A stretch of DNA of 64,000 nucleotides from Tubiluchus corallicola (lineage: Eukaryota > Animalia > Priapulida), in contig JAQGDQ010000171.1 in assembly GCA_030141605.1 (NCBI GenBank), positions 62,001 to 126,000 on the forward strand, read 5' to 3'. Position 1 is the first letter of the stretch. Each line of letters opens with the position of its first letter. A program made the translations under genes and the position numbers. The notes under the pieces are model-generated. The model was not told the origin of the DNA. It searched no databases and saw only the letters and a list, made by a program, of their open reading frames with translations. This document shows positions 1 to 12,100 of this stretch, one piece after another.

Positions 1-670
1 TAAAGTGGTCTGTGCCAGTACCATAGTGAAGCGATCTCTAAAATTTCATTGTAAAGTGGCAATTCCAATACAATGGTGAAATGTCTCTGCCAGTGAAATG
101 GTGAAGCATCGGTACAGTGGTGAAGTGGTATTTAATGGCACAATGATGAAGTGTCTGGGTTATTTCAATGGTGCAATGTTTTTGGCAGTAAAATGGCGTA
201 GCACTTCTGCCAGTACATTGGTAAAGTGGTCTCTGCCATGACATTGGTGAACTGGTCTTTGATAATGCAACGGCGAAGTGTCGTCTGTCTGTCGTTATGT
301 GTCTCATGACGCTATACACTGTCTTCGCATATCGACTGTCCAACGTGACATGAAGTACTCTGCCAATGCAATGGTGCAGTGTTTCTGGCAGTATAATGGT
401 GCAGTGTTTCTGCCAGGACAACGGTGATGTGGTTTCTGCCAGTGCCAATAGCGGGGTGATCTCTTCAGCTTTCACTGTAAAGTAGTTTCTGTCTTTACAA
501 TTGGTAATGTTTCTTGCCAGTACAAAAGCAAAGTATCTATGTGCGTACAGAAATGAAGTGATCTCTACCAGTTTCATTGTAATGTGGTTTTTAGCAATAC
601 CATACTGAAGTATATGTGCTAGTGCAATAGTGCAGTGCTCTGCACCTAGGTAAAGTGGTTTCTGCCATTG
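1..670. repeat. Degenerate minisatellite (AAGTGGTYTCTGCCAGTACAATGGTG-like units)
   Basis: Recurrent TCTGCCAGT and AATGGTG motifs; the direct repeat at 301-350 recurs at 674-723. Confidence 0.6.
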
Positions 671-1427
671 TCTGTCTCATGATATTATACACTGTATTTA
701 CATATCAACTGTCCAACGTGACAAGTAGTCATGAAGCCACATCTAAACGGTTATCATAATCGTCTTGGCAGACTGCAAAATGTTACGTCAAGCTAGTCGG
801 GTGTCGTTTGACCAACTCTGCAATTACTTTGTTGTCGAAGAACTATTGTTACGTAGAATTGTCCAGGATTTCTAGTCACCGACCGACAGTTTGTTCTTGC
901 CTCTCGTAATTTTTCAGACATTTACAGATAAAGAGCAAAAGCTTGAAAATTGAATTTACCCGTTGCAGTTCTCTCTGAATTTCTACTATAAGATTGTTCC
1001 CTTCTTAACCACAACTCCACTACCTCCTTAAAGATGAATCAGCAGAAATCGGCCAGCACTGTCAGATTAGCTATAACGGAAGGTGTTTACAATCCCCACA
1101 CAATTTAAATACCCTAACCCTATCCCTAAAATTAAGCCCAACCCTAACCCCAAACCTAATCCTAACCCTAGCCATAATCCGCTTCACGAATCTTAATTCT
1201 TGTACACGGGAAAAATAAACTTTAGCCGCTATAATAGTTCTGTGTTGGGCCTATATTTCACTTTCCGACTATAACTCCTTATCTCCTAATCATTACAACT
1301 CGTGTTCCATCAAGTTTGAGACTCATAGGCCCTTTAATACATAATGTACGTTTTAAGTCATAAAGACGTGATGAAGAGTTTTTCCCCGTTTTCTCGTAGG
1401 GTTTAGTGGAACTTAAATCAACTGCCA

Positions 1428-1428
<1 letters not shown>

Positions 1429-1495
<67 letters not shown>

Positions 1496-1530
1496 AACGA
1501 CGACGACAACGACGATGATGATGATGATGG
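1429..1530. repeat. (GAT)n microsatellite
   Basis: Directly visible. Confidence 0.95.
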
Positions 1531-2122
1531 TGATGAAGTCGGTGGTACTGGTGGTGGCGATGGTCATGGTGATTGCCTGATTGCGTTGATGTTGATGCTG
1601 CTGGTGCGGCTGATTATGATGATGTTGATGATGTTGATGCTGCTGCTGCTGCTGATGATGATGATAGTGACAACTATAATAATGATGATATTGTCGGCTA
1701 TCAGCGAGCCGGTTTCTCTAAAAGTACAAGGGCAGAGAAAGCAAGCACAAGAATAGATTTGTAAACTATCTAGAATGAATAGTTTTGCCTGACTGTCAAA
1801 GTGGCTTTTAATTAGAAATATAATGAAAATGCCACACACAAAAAAATTACAAAAAAAAACTATGCGCCAAAATTGCTCTCTCGCGTAAAAAGTATTTTAA
1901 ATATAATATTGCATATTACTTACGTTGTAACCACGTCAATACAGTATCTAGGTAGAAATAAGGAAACAATGAGCAACGGGAAATATCTGAATTCTGAGTT
2001 ATTTAAAATAATTAACACGTGCACACGAATAATTCCTACTTGGTCACGCGCAGCAAGCTGTCCTATTTCAGAAGAGTGATTATAAAGCGCCGTAGAAATA
2101 TTAGTAGCATCCTATGTGCAGC

Positions 2123-2136
2123 GTTGCCATGGTAAC
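2123..2136. promoter_or_regulatory. RFX X-box
   Basis: GTTGCCATGGTAAC matches the RFX X-box consensus GTNRCC(N0-3)RGYAAC, extended by GC..GC palindromic flanks; the target gene is unknown. Confidence 0.5.
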
Positions 2137-2766
2137 GCGCAAATGTTTTCAGCCTGGCAGATGACGTACATGGCTTCGATTACAGGATATAAGATTCAAC
2201 AATAGTAACGGATGTAAGATAGGCCAGGTATGATCAGGTATGATTTGCGCTTTAATGGACAGGTATGATAATGGCTAGTGGGTATACAATTATACATGAA
2301 TCATATCATGAACATGCACAATAACTGTTATTCTCTATTATCACCGGTATCTGTAAAAGTGGGTGACAGGTGTACATCAAGATGAATGTGGTCAGGTTGA
2401 CTTGATTACGAAGCTTTTATTTTTCGCATAACCATGGCTAAAATTTGTTTACGAAGCTACCACAATGAAATTAGTGCTATTTAGTAACATGAGTTGATAA
2501 AATAACATAACAAAATAGCATACAATCTTTGATATAACGTCAAATCGAAATTTTGATTTGTCGTTATATCCTGGTGTTTTGTGTGTTTTTATGCGCTGTG
2601 TTTTTTATGTACTTACTTATTATAATTTTATGAAATTTAGTAGGATTACTGTTTAATCTTGTAAACCAATTTTAAATCCGTCATGATGATTTTGGATATC
2701 TTTGTGAAGCGTCTTTGAATATTGCCATTTGTGCTGTCTATAGATTTAGCCACTGTACAAAATAAA

Positions 2767-2783
2767 TATTATTACTATTATTA

Positions 2784-2826
<43 letters not shown>

Positions 2827-2838
2827 TACTACTACTAC

Positions 2839-2868
<30 letters not shown>
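2767..2868. repeat. (TAT)n microsatellite
   Basis: Directly visible. Confidence 0.95.
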
Positions 2869-2871
<3 letters not shown>

Positions 2872-3254
2872 AGTTTGGTCATTTCCCTAAATGTTACAAT
2901 GGAGATCTGATGCAACGTGGAGAACACATCAAAATTATAACTTTTTAAGGAAAGTTCAGCACGTGAGTTCAAACATCTCTCCCCGTTGATGCAAGGTGGT
3001 TTATCTAGGGCTGAAAGTACCCTTCACACTTTTTGTTAGAAAATCACTTTTCTGAATTCTTTGATGAAAATTATCAATACATAAATCTGAGTTCTAAATT
3101 ATGTTTTACATTATCTTGATAATGAATACATGGGTATTTTAGAAATATCTTATATACACTATTTTTGTACTGTTTGTGCATTTATGCATATGTTTAGGTA
3201 TATTTTAATATCATATTGTGATTTTTCTATTACAGGTACTTAAAAACTTTTACA

Positions 3255-3443
3255 GTTAAAACAACACAACTTTATTTAATCTTTTATTTTAAGTAGTTAA
3301 AATCATGCCAAAAGTTTCCACAGACGGTTGTATGTTTGTAAAATTTACCACTGATAATGACAGCAGTAGCTCTATCGAAACGTTTGGCATGATTTTCAAC
3401 TATGTAAAAAGCAGAAGTTTTAATAAAGTTGTGTTGTTTTGAC
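3255..3443 (+). mobile_element. Penelope pLTR remnant, tail-to-tail inverted, with a degenerate hammerhead
   Basis: Inverted pairs AAAACAACACAACTTTATT/AATAAAGTTGTGTTGTTTT and AAAATCATGCCAAA/TTTGGCATGATTTT; the motif CCA CTGATAA T GACAG..CTATC GAAA CG TT TGG at 3348-3387 is similar to the one at 8190. Confidence 0.6.
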
Positions 3444-4800
3444 CACATTGTGATTGTTGTTGCTACTACTGTTGCTGTCATGACCTACGAGAAATATCTT
3501 CAACAGTCCAGTATTCAGTTTCTAAATCTGGTACGTTAAGGTCCGTGGTTTACAGTACAGTTCGACTGTTGTTTCAACTTTGTGACTTAACACTAGTGGT
3601 ATTTCTGCTATGTTTTAACAGAACCACCACCACCTGCCTCACCATCACCACCACAATTAGTACCACGTGTGACGTAACTTTCTTTGGCTTCTAGTAACAT
3701 AATTGCGAGCTGTTTCAGTCACTTCAGTGGCAGTGCTGATGCTTTCAGCAATTTTGGCAACACCAGGGCTAGCAGAAGCAACTGCAAAATAAGTTGGATT
3801 GGACAATGAACAAGCAGGTTCTGAGCAAATTTAAAGGAAGAAACAAGTCTGTTATCACTTAATCTTACAAAAAATCTAACAAAGAAGTTTGCAAAGAACT
3901 GCCTACAAAGCATAAATCTAAAATACACTACCTCTGAATGGAAATTTTCAGGCGTAGAGGTTGCCACCATTCACTTGAAAATCATTATGTAAATGGGAAA
4001 CTTCGTGACTTTTCGTAAGCGCGTAGTGGCTTTCCATAAGCGCGCGCTGCTTAAACTAATTCAAAGTAATGCAGCTTACCTAATATTCACGCAAAAGTAT
4101 TATAAAATTAGCTACCTATTTTTTTTGTAAAAACTTGTTTTACTTTTGATAGAGATTGACACTGCACTACTTTTCTTCAAGAAGAATGACGTCATTGGAA
4201 GAAGAATGGGCATTGAAAATGGGAGCACCCAAGCATGAAGTGATCGCGACTTTAAAGTCGTTTTACTAGTTGCACGAGGTGCTTATTACAGCTTTATTAC
4301 TAAATGCTTCTAACATTCCTCCTTGAAGGCTTGCCCTTTCCTTTAACTCACCGCCCGCGGACTCATTCCGTGTGGCACGTTACCAAACTCAGTCTGACTG
4401 ATACCCATGACACATCAGCACTTACGGACCTGTTTCAGACAGGCCTTATCTACACGGGTAAGAACTTAACTTCTGCATTAGGAACTTTTACAAAATTTAT
4501 GTATAAGCAGCCGCAGAAGCATCAAAGCTTATTAACAGAATAGGATTGTGTGCAAATGTGAGCTTAAAATCGAGCCTAGAAAAGGATTACAATTCAGGGC
4601 ATGAAAATCTTGTTGGTGTGAAGTATGCTGGAATACCGTTACAAACTTCTGCGTGTTAATATTGTCATACACTTTACAGCTCGTTAAAGACCAGCAAAAA
4701 ATTCAAACGGCTGTGCTTCGAGATAACTTTTAGACAGGTAATTTTCCTTTCTTTCTGTATATGAGCATGGGTTATATGCTCATATACCCATACCTCAATA

Positions 4801-4958
4801 AGCCTTTTCACAGTTCCAGCGATTGATGATGATCGTGAAAGGGTCAGGGGTTAAATGTACCAGACAACGAATTTTTGTACCCTTGACAACGCCTCGCAGT
4901 CCATATTATTGTAACAGTAACAGGTTTAACAGCTAGCTAGAACCTTACCTAGTTCATT
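4801..4958 (+). mobile_element. MITE family A, left part
   Basis: Near-identical to 5978-6135. Confidence 0.7.
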
Positions 4959-5977
4959 TCTGTATTGACAAGATACAGTAATTTAAAATTTTACTTAGTT
5001 AGTGACATGTGTGCTACGAATTCTCCAATTATTTTTTCAAACTTCATGTAATGTTATCTAAACTATCTAAATATCACGTATCTAAACTGGTTTCAAACAA
5101 CCTACCAAAAAATGGCTGCGCCTAGCGGTCATCAGGGGATTTTAAATTTACAAATTTTATACAGCGTCACTGGTGACACAAGGTCTGTGTGAAAAAGGCA
5201 TCACGTAAGTGGTATAAAACTTCAAGTCGAATTTTTTAAACTTTATGTAAGTTGAGGGGATTTCTTGTGCTTTAAATGCAGGAGGACAACTGTTCCAAAA
5301 CATTTCAGAATAAGATATTAATGTAGCTAAAATGAATAAATCTAACATTTTCTGTTAACGTAGCCAAAATAAGCCCCCCCCCCATAGTTAGCATAGTTAG
5401 TCTAGTTTTGCATCGGAATGACAATGATTTTTATAAAAAGTTTTACAAAAGGCGCGCTAGTTATAGTTTATTGATTTTATTTAACAGGTTTGTTATCATT
5501 TATTCTTCTAGTACGTCAAACTCAGCTCTCATACAACGTTGTTGCATTTGCTATTACTCTCCGTGTTATTTTTTAATTGGGGTATCTTTTCCTGCATTTA
5601 TTTGACAAAGCCCAGTAAGTAAGACGTCCTCGCAGTCAAGGTAAAAACATTTTACGGATCTTTTAATTTAATAAGTTTAATAATTTAACTTACGTGATTG
5701 TCTTTATACTTGTCATTTTGCAGTGAAGTTTAATAAACTGTAACAAACCGGTTTTTTAATGTAGGATCAAAATGCGAGGAATTTTTATTGAAAGTTTGCA
5801 TGCTCGCAACATTTGTACAAACGAGACAGTTCGATACGTAATCATTACGTGCAATTAAGCGCGAGAATTTTGCTCGCGATGTTTATCCAATTAGTGGAAC
5901 TAAACTATAGCTAAACCAATCCTGCCAATCAGTTTTTATAGCACAGTAACGAAACTTTATACGTACTCCACATAATA

Positions 5978-6366
5978 AGCCTTTTCACACTTCCAGCGAT
6001 TGATGATAATCGTGAAGAGGTCAAAGGTTAATTGTACCCAGACAATGCATTTGTTTACACTTGACAACACTTCGCAGCCTAAGCTATGGTTAATAGTAAC
6101 AGTTTTAACAGCTAGCTAGAACCTTACCTAGTTCACTTTTTCTTGTTCCCAAACAAGATCCTGCTAGTAAATCACTCAACTCACAAACGAATACATAACT
6201 AAGTAAAATCCACGTAAAACAACTGAAGTTACTGAACTGAAGTGGCAGACGGCTTTGCTTTACCCACATGTCTCGTGACGGTTGTAGTTAAGACGCATTG
6301 CTGTGGTACACTTAACCTTTGACCTACAGCAACTGCGCTTCCGCAGTACGAAACTGTGAAAAGGCT
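5978..6366. mobile_element. MITE family A, full copy
   Basis: TIR AGCCTTTTCACACTT ... AACTGTGAAAAGGCT with an internal inverted block AGGTCAAAGGTTAA/TTAACCTTTGACCT; no clear TSD. Confidence 0.75.
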
Positions 6367-7659
6367 CCCTTCCTGGATTAAACGGAACGTATTCAAAACG
6401 AAATGTTACATTGAAGTCAGATCATAACCACGAATTAAATTAGCAGAGAAGACCGAGTTTGATTAAATTGTCTTTGACAAAAGCTGAAACGTTTAGACTG
6501 AAACTACAGTAGCTTGGGTATTTTAAAATTGTCTAGCTGTCTAATTTTTAGACTAACACAAATTACATTTGACCGCTGAAGACTCGCTTCGCTGAGCACC
6601 TGGTTAACTAAAGGCAAGCGTAGAGAAGTTTTTGGTCTGCACAAGTCCAACCCACGTTATAAGTGAAAAGTTGTGACTATTCTTGTATTTTTATGGCTGG
6701 AACCAAAGAAAATCTATTGCATTAATTCTACAGATAGCATAGATAAGGTAAAGATTTAATGCAGTTAATAAATCAGTGCAGAAATCAGCATGCATGTGGC
6801 ACGACCAAGAAATTCAGTTGTGTATAAGAAATATAGCGACGCACCTGTCTCTGTATAAGACCTTGGCAGCCATTTTTCCTGTGTACACATGTATGCAGCA
6901 TGTTTTTAGAAAGTAATATGTCTTCATCGATCAGCTAAATATAACTGGAAACTTGTGTTTGTTAACTTGTAACCTTGCTAAACTTTAAAAAATTTTAGAT
7001 GAGATAAGTTATTATAAATACTTAGTACAAGTTGGTATATCTAAATTTAAGTTTCTGTACCAAAACAAAAGGCTAGTCTTTTATGCACGATCGCATCAGC
7101 CATGTAACTATTATAATGGTATAATGCATTATGTAAAGCACAGGCTTTAAGTATTTACATATATGCAATGGTTTTTGTGCCTGAATTTAAAAGAGTTAAT
7201 GATTTGCAATTGTTTATCATTTTACAGCTTTTAAGTACAGTGAGGATGTCAGACTGTGAATTATCTGGGTAAATTTAGATATTACTATTAGTATAGGTTG
7301 GTAGTAGAACAGCCTAATTCTCATTAGTCTTTTACTCTAGTTCAGTTACTATTGATTTATCGATTTAAACTAGTAATTACAGGTAAATGCCAGCATGACT
7401 GCTTATTAACTTCCTATGGCTATAGAAGTAGCTGTTTGCTAATTAATCAACCCAGTGCGAGGAATTAATTGAAATTTTGTTAAATGCACCGTGTGTGCCT
7501 GACCGAATTATATTTAGAGAGATGTCCCCGCCTATCTTGTGTTTACGTGGTAAGGCTTCAGAAGTTGAAAAAACGTTGCTGCTACTAAATGGCGAGGTAC
7601 CTGCTTTGTACAACTCGCATTTAAATATAGCTTAAACTTGATACAGGCACTTCAAAGCA

Positions 7660-8295
7660 TTTATTATCAAACAGCACAACTTTTACTACAACTTTAATTT
7701 GACACTGATATACAAACAACAACCAGTTTAATTAGGCAGATCCAACAGTATAGGAAATTATGCACTAATTATGTATTTGCAAAAAAGTCAAAGTAATAAA
7801 TAAACAGACCTGTAGAAAAGAAATAGATACAGTGGCAGATAGCTAAGTGTTTGAGAATAAAGTTAATGGAATTGAACTACTTTGCACATTAAAGGAAGGC
7901 TTATTGGGGTATATAGCTAAATTTTCTTTTATTAATAAGTCCCAGTTATTTGTAGCTCTGGTCACAATGCTGAAATCATTAAAATCAGCGTTGTGGCAAT
8001 AGGCACAAATAGGGTCATTAAAGCTAAATTGAGGAGAATTTTTAATCTTGTCAGTTCTAGAAGAAATACCCAGATGTTCGCATATTCTTTCTTTCAAAGG
8101 TCTGGATGTTTTAGTGCACATAATTAGTGCATAATTTTCTATATTGTAGGCTCTGTCTATTTAAACAGGCTTGTCGTTTGTGTAATGTACCACTGATGAC
8201 GACAGCTGATTACTGTCGAAACGCGTAGACATGTTTTTAAACATTTAATAAATTAATTTTTATTTGTAATAAAAGTTGTGATGTTTTAATAATAT
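7660..8295 (-). mobile_element. 5'-truncated Penelope-like retroelement (GIY-YIG C-terminus) with inverted pLTR
   Basis: ORF 7843-8121 KTSRPLKERICEHLG...FNDFSIV...LLIKENLAI..NKPSFNVQSSSIPLTLF is typical of PLE GIY-YIG ends. 7710-7775 is an inverted copy of 8118-8185, and 7660-7690 is an inverted copy of about 8265-8295. Confidence 0.8.
8185..8235 (+). ncRNA. Penelope-type minimal hammerhead ribozyme
   Basis: CTGATGA C GACAG ctgatta CTGTC GAAA CGCG TA (8193-8227): intact core, 5-bp stem II and palindromic helix III ACGCGT; stem I is degenerate. It lies in the inverted pLTR of a Penelope fragment. Confidence 0.7.
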
Positions 8296-9111
8296 AAACT
8301 TGATATCATACTATGTACACAGCCTACATTTTAATAATAATGTCGAAATAACGCAGCAAGCACAAAACGGCACAAGAAATAATCATTGTAAATTGTAAAT
8401 GAGTGGAAGTATTGTACGTATTGTGTTGTTCATTCATAAAAAGCTGTGTTTAATATTAAGGGCTATGCATGCTGGTTTCTATGTTGTTTTGCTACTCTTC
8501 GCATAGCGTTATTGAAATTATTACTTTAATAATTACGACCGTGAATAAACGTTGTTACAATTATCGCGTTAGGCGCAAACGTTCAGTTCAGTAGCGGCAT
8601 TTCTATTTCTATGGCAAAAAAACAGGTATTTCGAGGTCACTAGGATCTTTAGTTTGCACAAGACATGTGGGGAGAGGTATGTGGTAAAACGCAAAGAAAC
8701 AAGAAAGGGCAGTTTGATTTTTATATTTTGACTATTCGTTCTTAACATATGTTCAACAGCAAGCAATTAGTACTGACGGGAAATCTTTCAAATCAGAACT
8801 TTTCTATCGTATCATAAGTAAATACTCTTATTAGCATATGGTATACCTTTAATTACTTAACCAAAAATTGTATAGGCCACAGTATACGCCCATATATTAT
8901 GTTGTCAACATGAGACAAAAAGTAGATTGCTACAGTTGATAACAATAAATCTGAACTGAATTGAAAGAAGTGAGTAGAAATTGAGAAAACTATTAAGCAT
9001 TTGAATTTCGTGGCTGTTGAGAGGGGTAAAATTGGGACAATCCAATTCAGTCTTCTTTGTTTCACTTCCTTTCTTTTGTAAAGCAATTTTTAACGATCCT
9101 TTTATTGCAGC

Positions 9112-12100
9112 ATGCCTCCTCCTATGGGCGGCACGAGAGCAGCTCCCCCGGCGAATGCCACTGTTGTGAAAAAGAACCGTGTTTTGGAGAATCTTTATCG
9201 TGTTCCTGATGAAGAGGACAGCGTGCGCCCCCTGTTCGAATTATCAGAATTCCAACGCAGGAAACTTTCCTTTTATTTTTCTCTTATCGGTAAAAGGTTA
9301 TACGTTATTTTACTTTATTTCTGAGAGGAAAACAGGATGATTTCTCATATACTCTCCCATTTTCAAGTTTGAAAAAATATACATCTTAACACAATTAATA
9401 CTGCAAAAGCGTTTCTGATAATTAAATTATAGATTAAAAACTTAATTAACGGCAGGGGAGCCCAACTAGTGATGACATCGCAAACTAACATAATTTTCAA
9501 CAGCAAAAATATTCCACGTGTGTGTTGCACGTGCTGTGCTTGAAATAAACACTGCAGACAAAAATATAAGCAGTTTAAATTCCCAATATCATGTTCAAAT
9601 CCAAAGACAAACCTGTTACAGTAATTTTACTCACCTTTTGCTAACTGGATTAACAGTGTAGGATTTATTATAGATTATAGGCTACATTACTTGTTTTCAA
9701 CTTCAAGCTAAAAGCACAAATTAAAATTTAGATTTCGGATTTACGTAAAACACGTCGTTGATCTTTTTTTAATCATTGTGCCACTAAAATACTACAGGTA
9801 CTTTAAATCCTCTTGCAATCCTACGCAAATCCTCTTACATCCTACGTTTAACTGATTCATGTTTTCTCAAATTTTCAAAACTGAAAATTCTAAACCCTCC
9901 AATGAGCTTGTAGTTAGATATTGATGTTATTCTTTTCAGATATGGATAACAATTGCGTGATTACTAGTGACGACATCACGTCTTTCACGCAGGTTAGTTT
10001 GGTCAGTAATAATTACCTTGATTATGATTGTTACATCTCACCGTGACCGTGACAAATTTATATATGCGTCATATATAAAAGCAAGGATAACCAATAACCC
10101 TTTTCACAGATTCCTTGTGCCCACGCACAGTTGCTGTAGATCAATGGTTAAGTTTACCACAACACGTCTTAACTACAACAGTCACGTGACATGTGGGTGA
10201 AGCAAATCTGTCTGCGGCATCAGTTCAGTAACTTCAGCTGTTTTACGGGGATTTTAGTTAATTATACATTAGTCTGTGGGTAGACGTGATTTGCTAGCAG
10301 GATCTTGCTTGGAAACAAGAAAAAATGAATTAGGTAAGGTTCTAACTAGCTGTTAAGACTGTTACTATTACAATAGCATGGGCTGCGAGGCGTCGTCAAG
10401 TGTACACAAGTCTGGTACACTTAACCTTTGACCTTTTCACAATCATCATCAATGTTAAGAGCTCTGCAAATAATTTAACTTATTTAAAACAGGACAGAAA
10501 AGAATAATTTTGCCAGTTACCAATCAAATAATACAAACACCAATTTTGGAATGTTAAAGCGTAGTTAGATAGATAGGTAGATAGATGGATTGATGGATGG
10601 ATGGATGGATGGATGGATGGTTGGTTGGCTGGATGGATGGATGGATGGATGGATGGATGGATGGATGGATGGATGGATGGATGGATGGATGGATGGATGG
10701 ATGGATGGATGGATGGATGGATGGATAGATAGATAGATAGATAATTTAGTTCTGAAAACTAAATTGCTTACACGAAAATTACAAAATCAACGTATACCAA
10801 CATATACGTGGTATTTGGCTATTAAAATACATCGAATCGATCTTAAACCAGCCATACTATGGTGTGCAGCACGTAAACAAATATAATCAATTTTAATATT
10901 TCAAAATCAAAATTAAAAAAGTAACAAACAAGAAGATGTATTTAAAAATAAAGAATTGTGGATGTTTTCCAGGAAAGTTCCTTAGATGCATGCCATGCTA
11001 AATGCATAAATTTATAGGTTAAGTAGTTCAGACTGGAAGTAAATTCTAAATGGGTACCTCGCGAAGATAAAGCTGATCTGTGTGCGACTGTCTTTAAGTG
11101 TAATTATAAAAATTTGATGAATAAATATATTTCTTTATTTTAGGCAGATAAACAAAAGCACAATTGATAAAATTGTTGCTTTGCAGTGAATTAAAAGTTC
11201 CTTAGTTGTTATTGTTTGCCAAAAAGTCTTTTCCGTACTCACATTTAGTAAACTAAAACATGTTTTGTCAAATACAGAACTAATTAAATACGAAGTGCCC
11301 AAGGGTCAACCCTGAGACCACTTTTCTCTCTTATTTACGTTAAATTATATTATCTACTGAAACTAGTAATAAAAACTTACTCTGTAGATGATACCAATGC
11401 CCTTTTCAGGTTTCAAAGCTTTGTAAGATGAGGATAAATAATTGTGTTGCCGAATCTCTTAAGAACAAAATAAATAATTTTTAGATCGCGAAACACATCA
11501 GTTCTTACTACTAATAAAATTACACATCACTATTAATACGACATTGGTCAATAAAAACAGACAACAGAACTGAAACTCTTAGATTTAATAATAGTTGAGC
11601 AATTAATTTTTAGTTCTTTAAATCTTATTTTTAATTATTTTCATTACTCTTCATAAACATGTTAATTTCAACCATCCCCCAAATTAATACTTTTTGTTCG
11701 CAATAATTTTTTGTTTAAATTTTTATAAAACATTAGAATTATTAATTCTTCTCTACTTTCATGAAACAGAAAATGTTAAAGTTTGCTGGAACTAGCGAGG
11801 AGTCTGAGCTCTACGATTTGACCTATGACATAAACAATGAGTTCTTCGAAAGCTTGTGTTACAAATGTGGAAAAGCAGGTCAGAAATTAATGTTTTCAAG
11901 TACCATGCGAATGAAAAAATTAACTTGTGTGCATGAAATCTTTCAAAAGGGACGTAGTGTATGTGAGCTGAATGCTGTACAAATGGGAAAGCGCACTTCT
12001 TTGGAAGAGAAATAACATGTAGTCGCTTCTACAGTAGTTATAAGATTATGCGGATGATGTTTCTCAATGTATCCATGTAGAAAAAAATGTAAATTTTAGA

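Noticed and set aside
38-577. 179-aa minus-strand ORF
   Set aside because: Lies within a degenerate tandem repeat and shows no recognisable domain.
1112-1170. Telomere or chromosome-fusion site
   Set aside because: Short and degenerate CCCTAA tract, more consistent with a repeat-element internal sequence (a similar tract is at 42670-42760).
1279-1839. Poly-D/S/M/I ORFs
   Set aside because: Translations of (GAT)n microsatellite; the same applies to the poly-Y, poly-I, HSFI, EKRR and HT/CV ORFs elsewhere.
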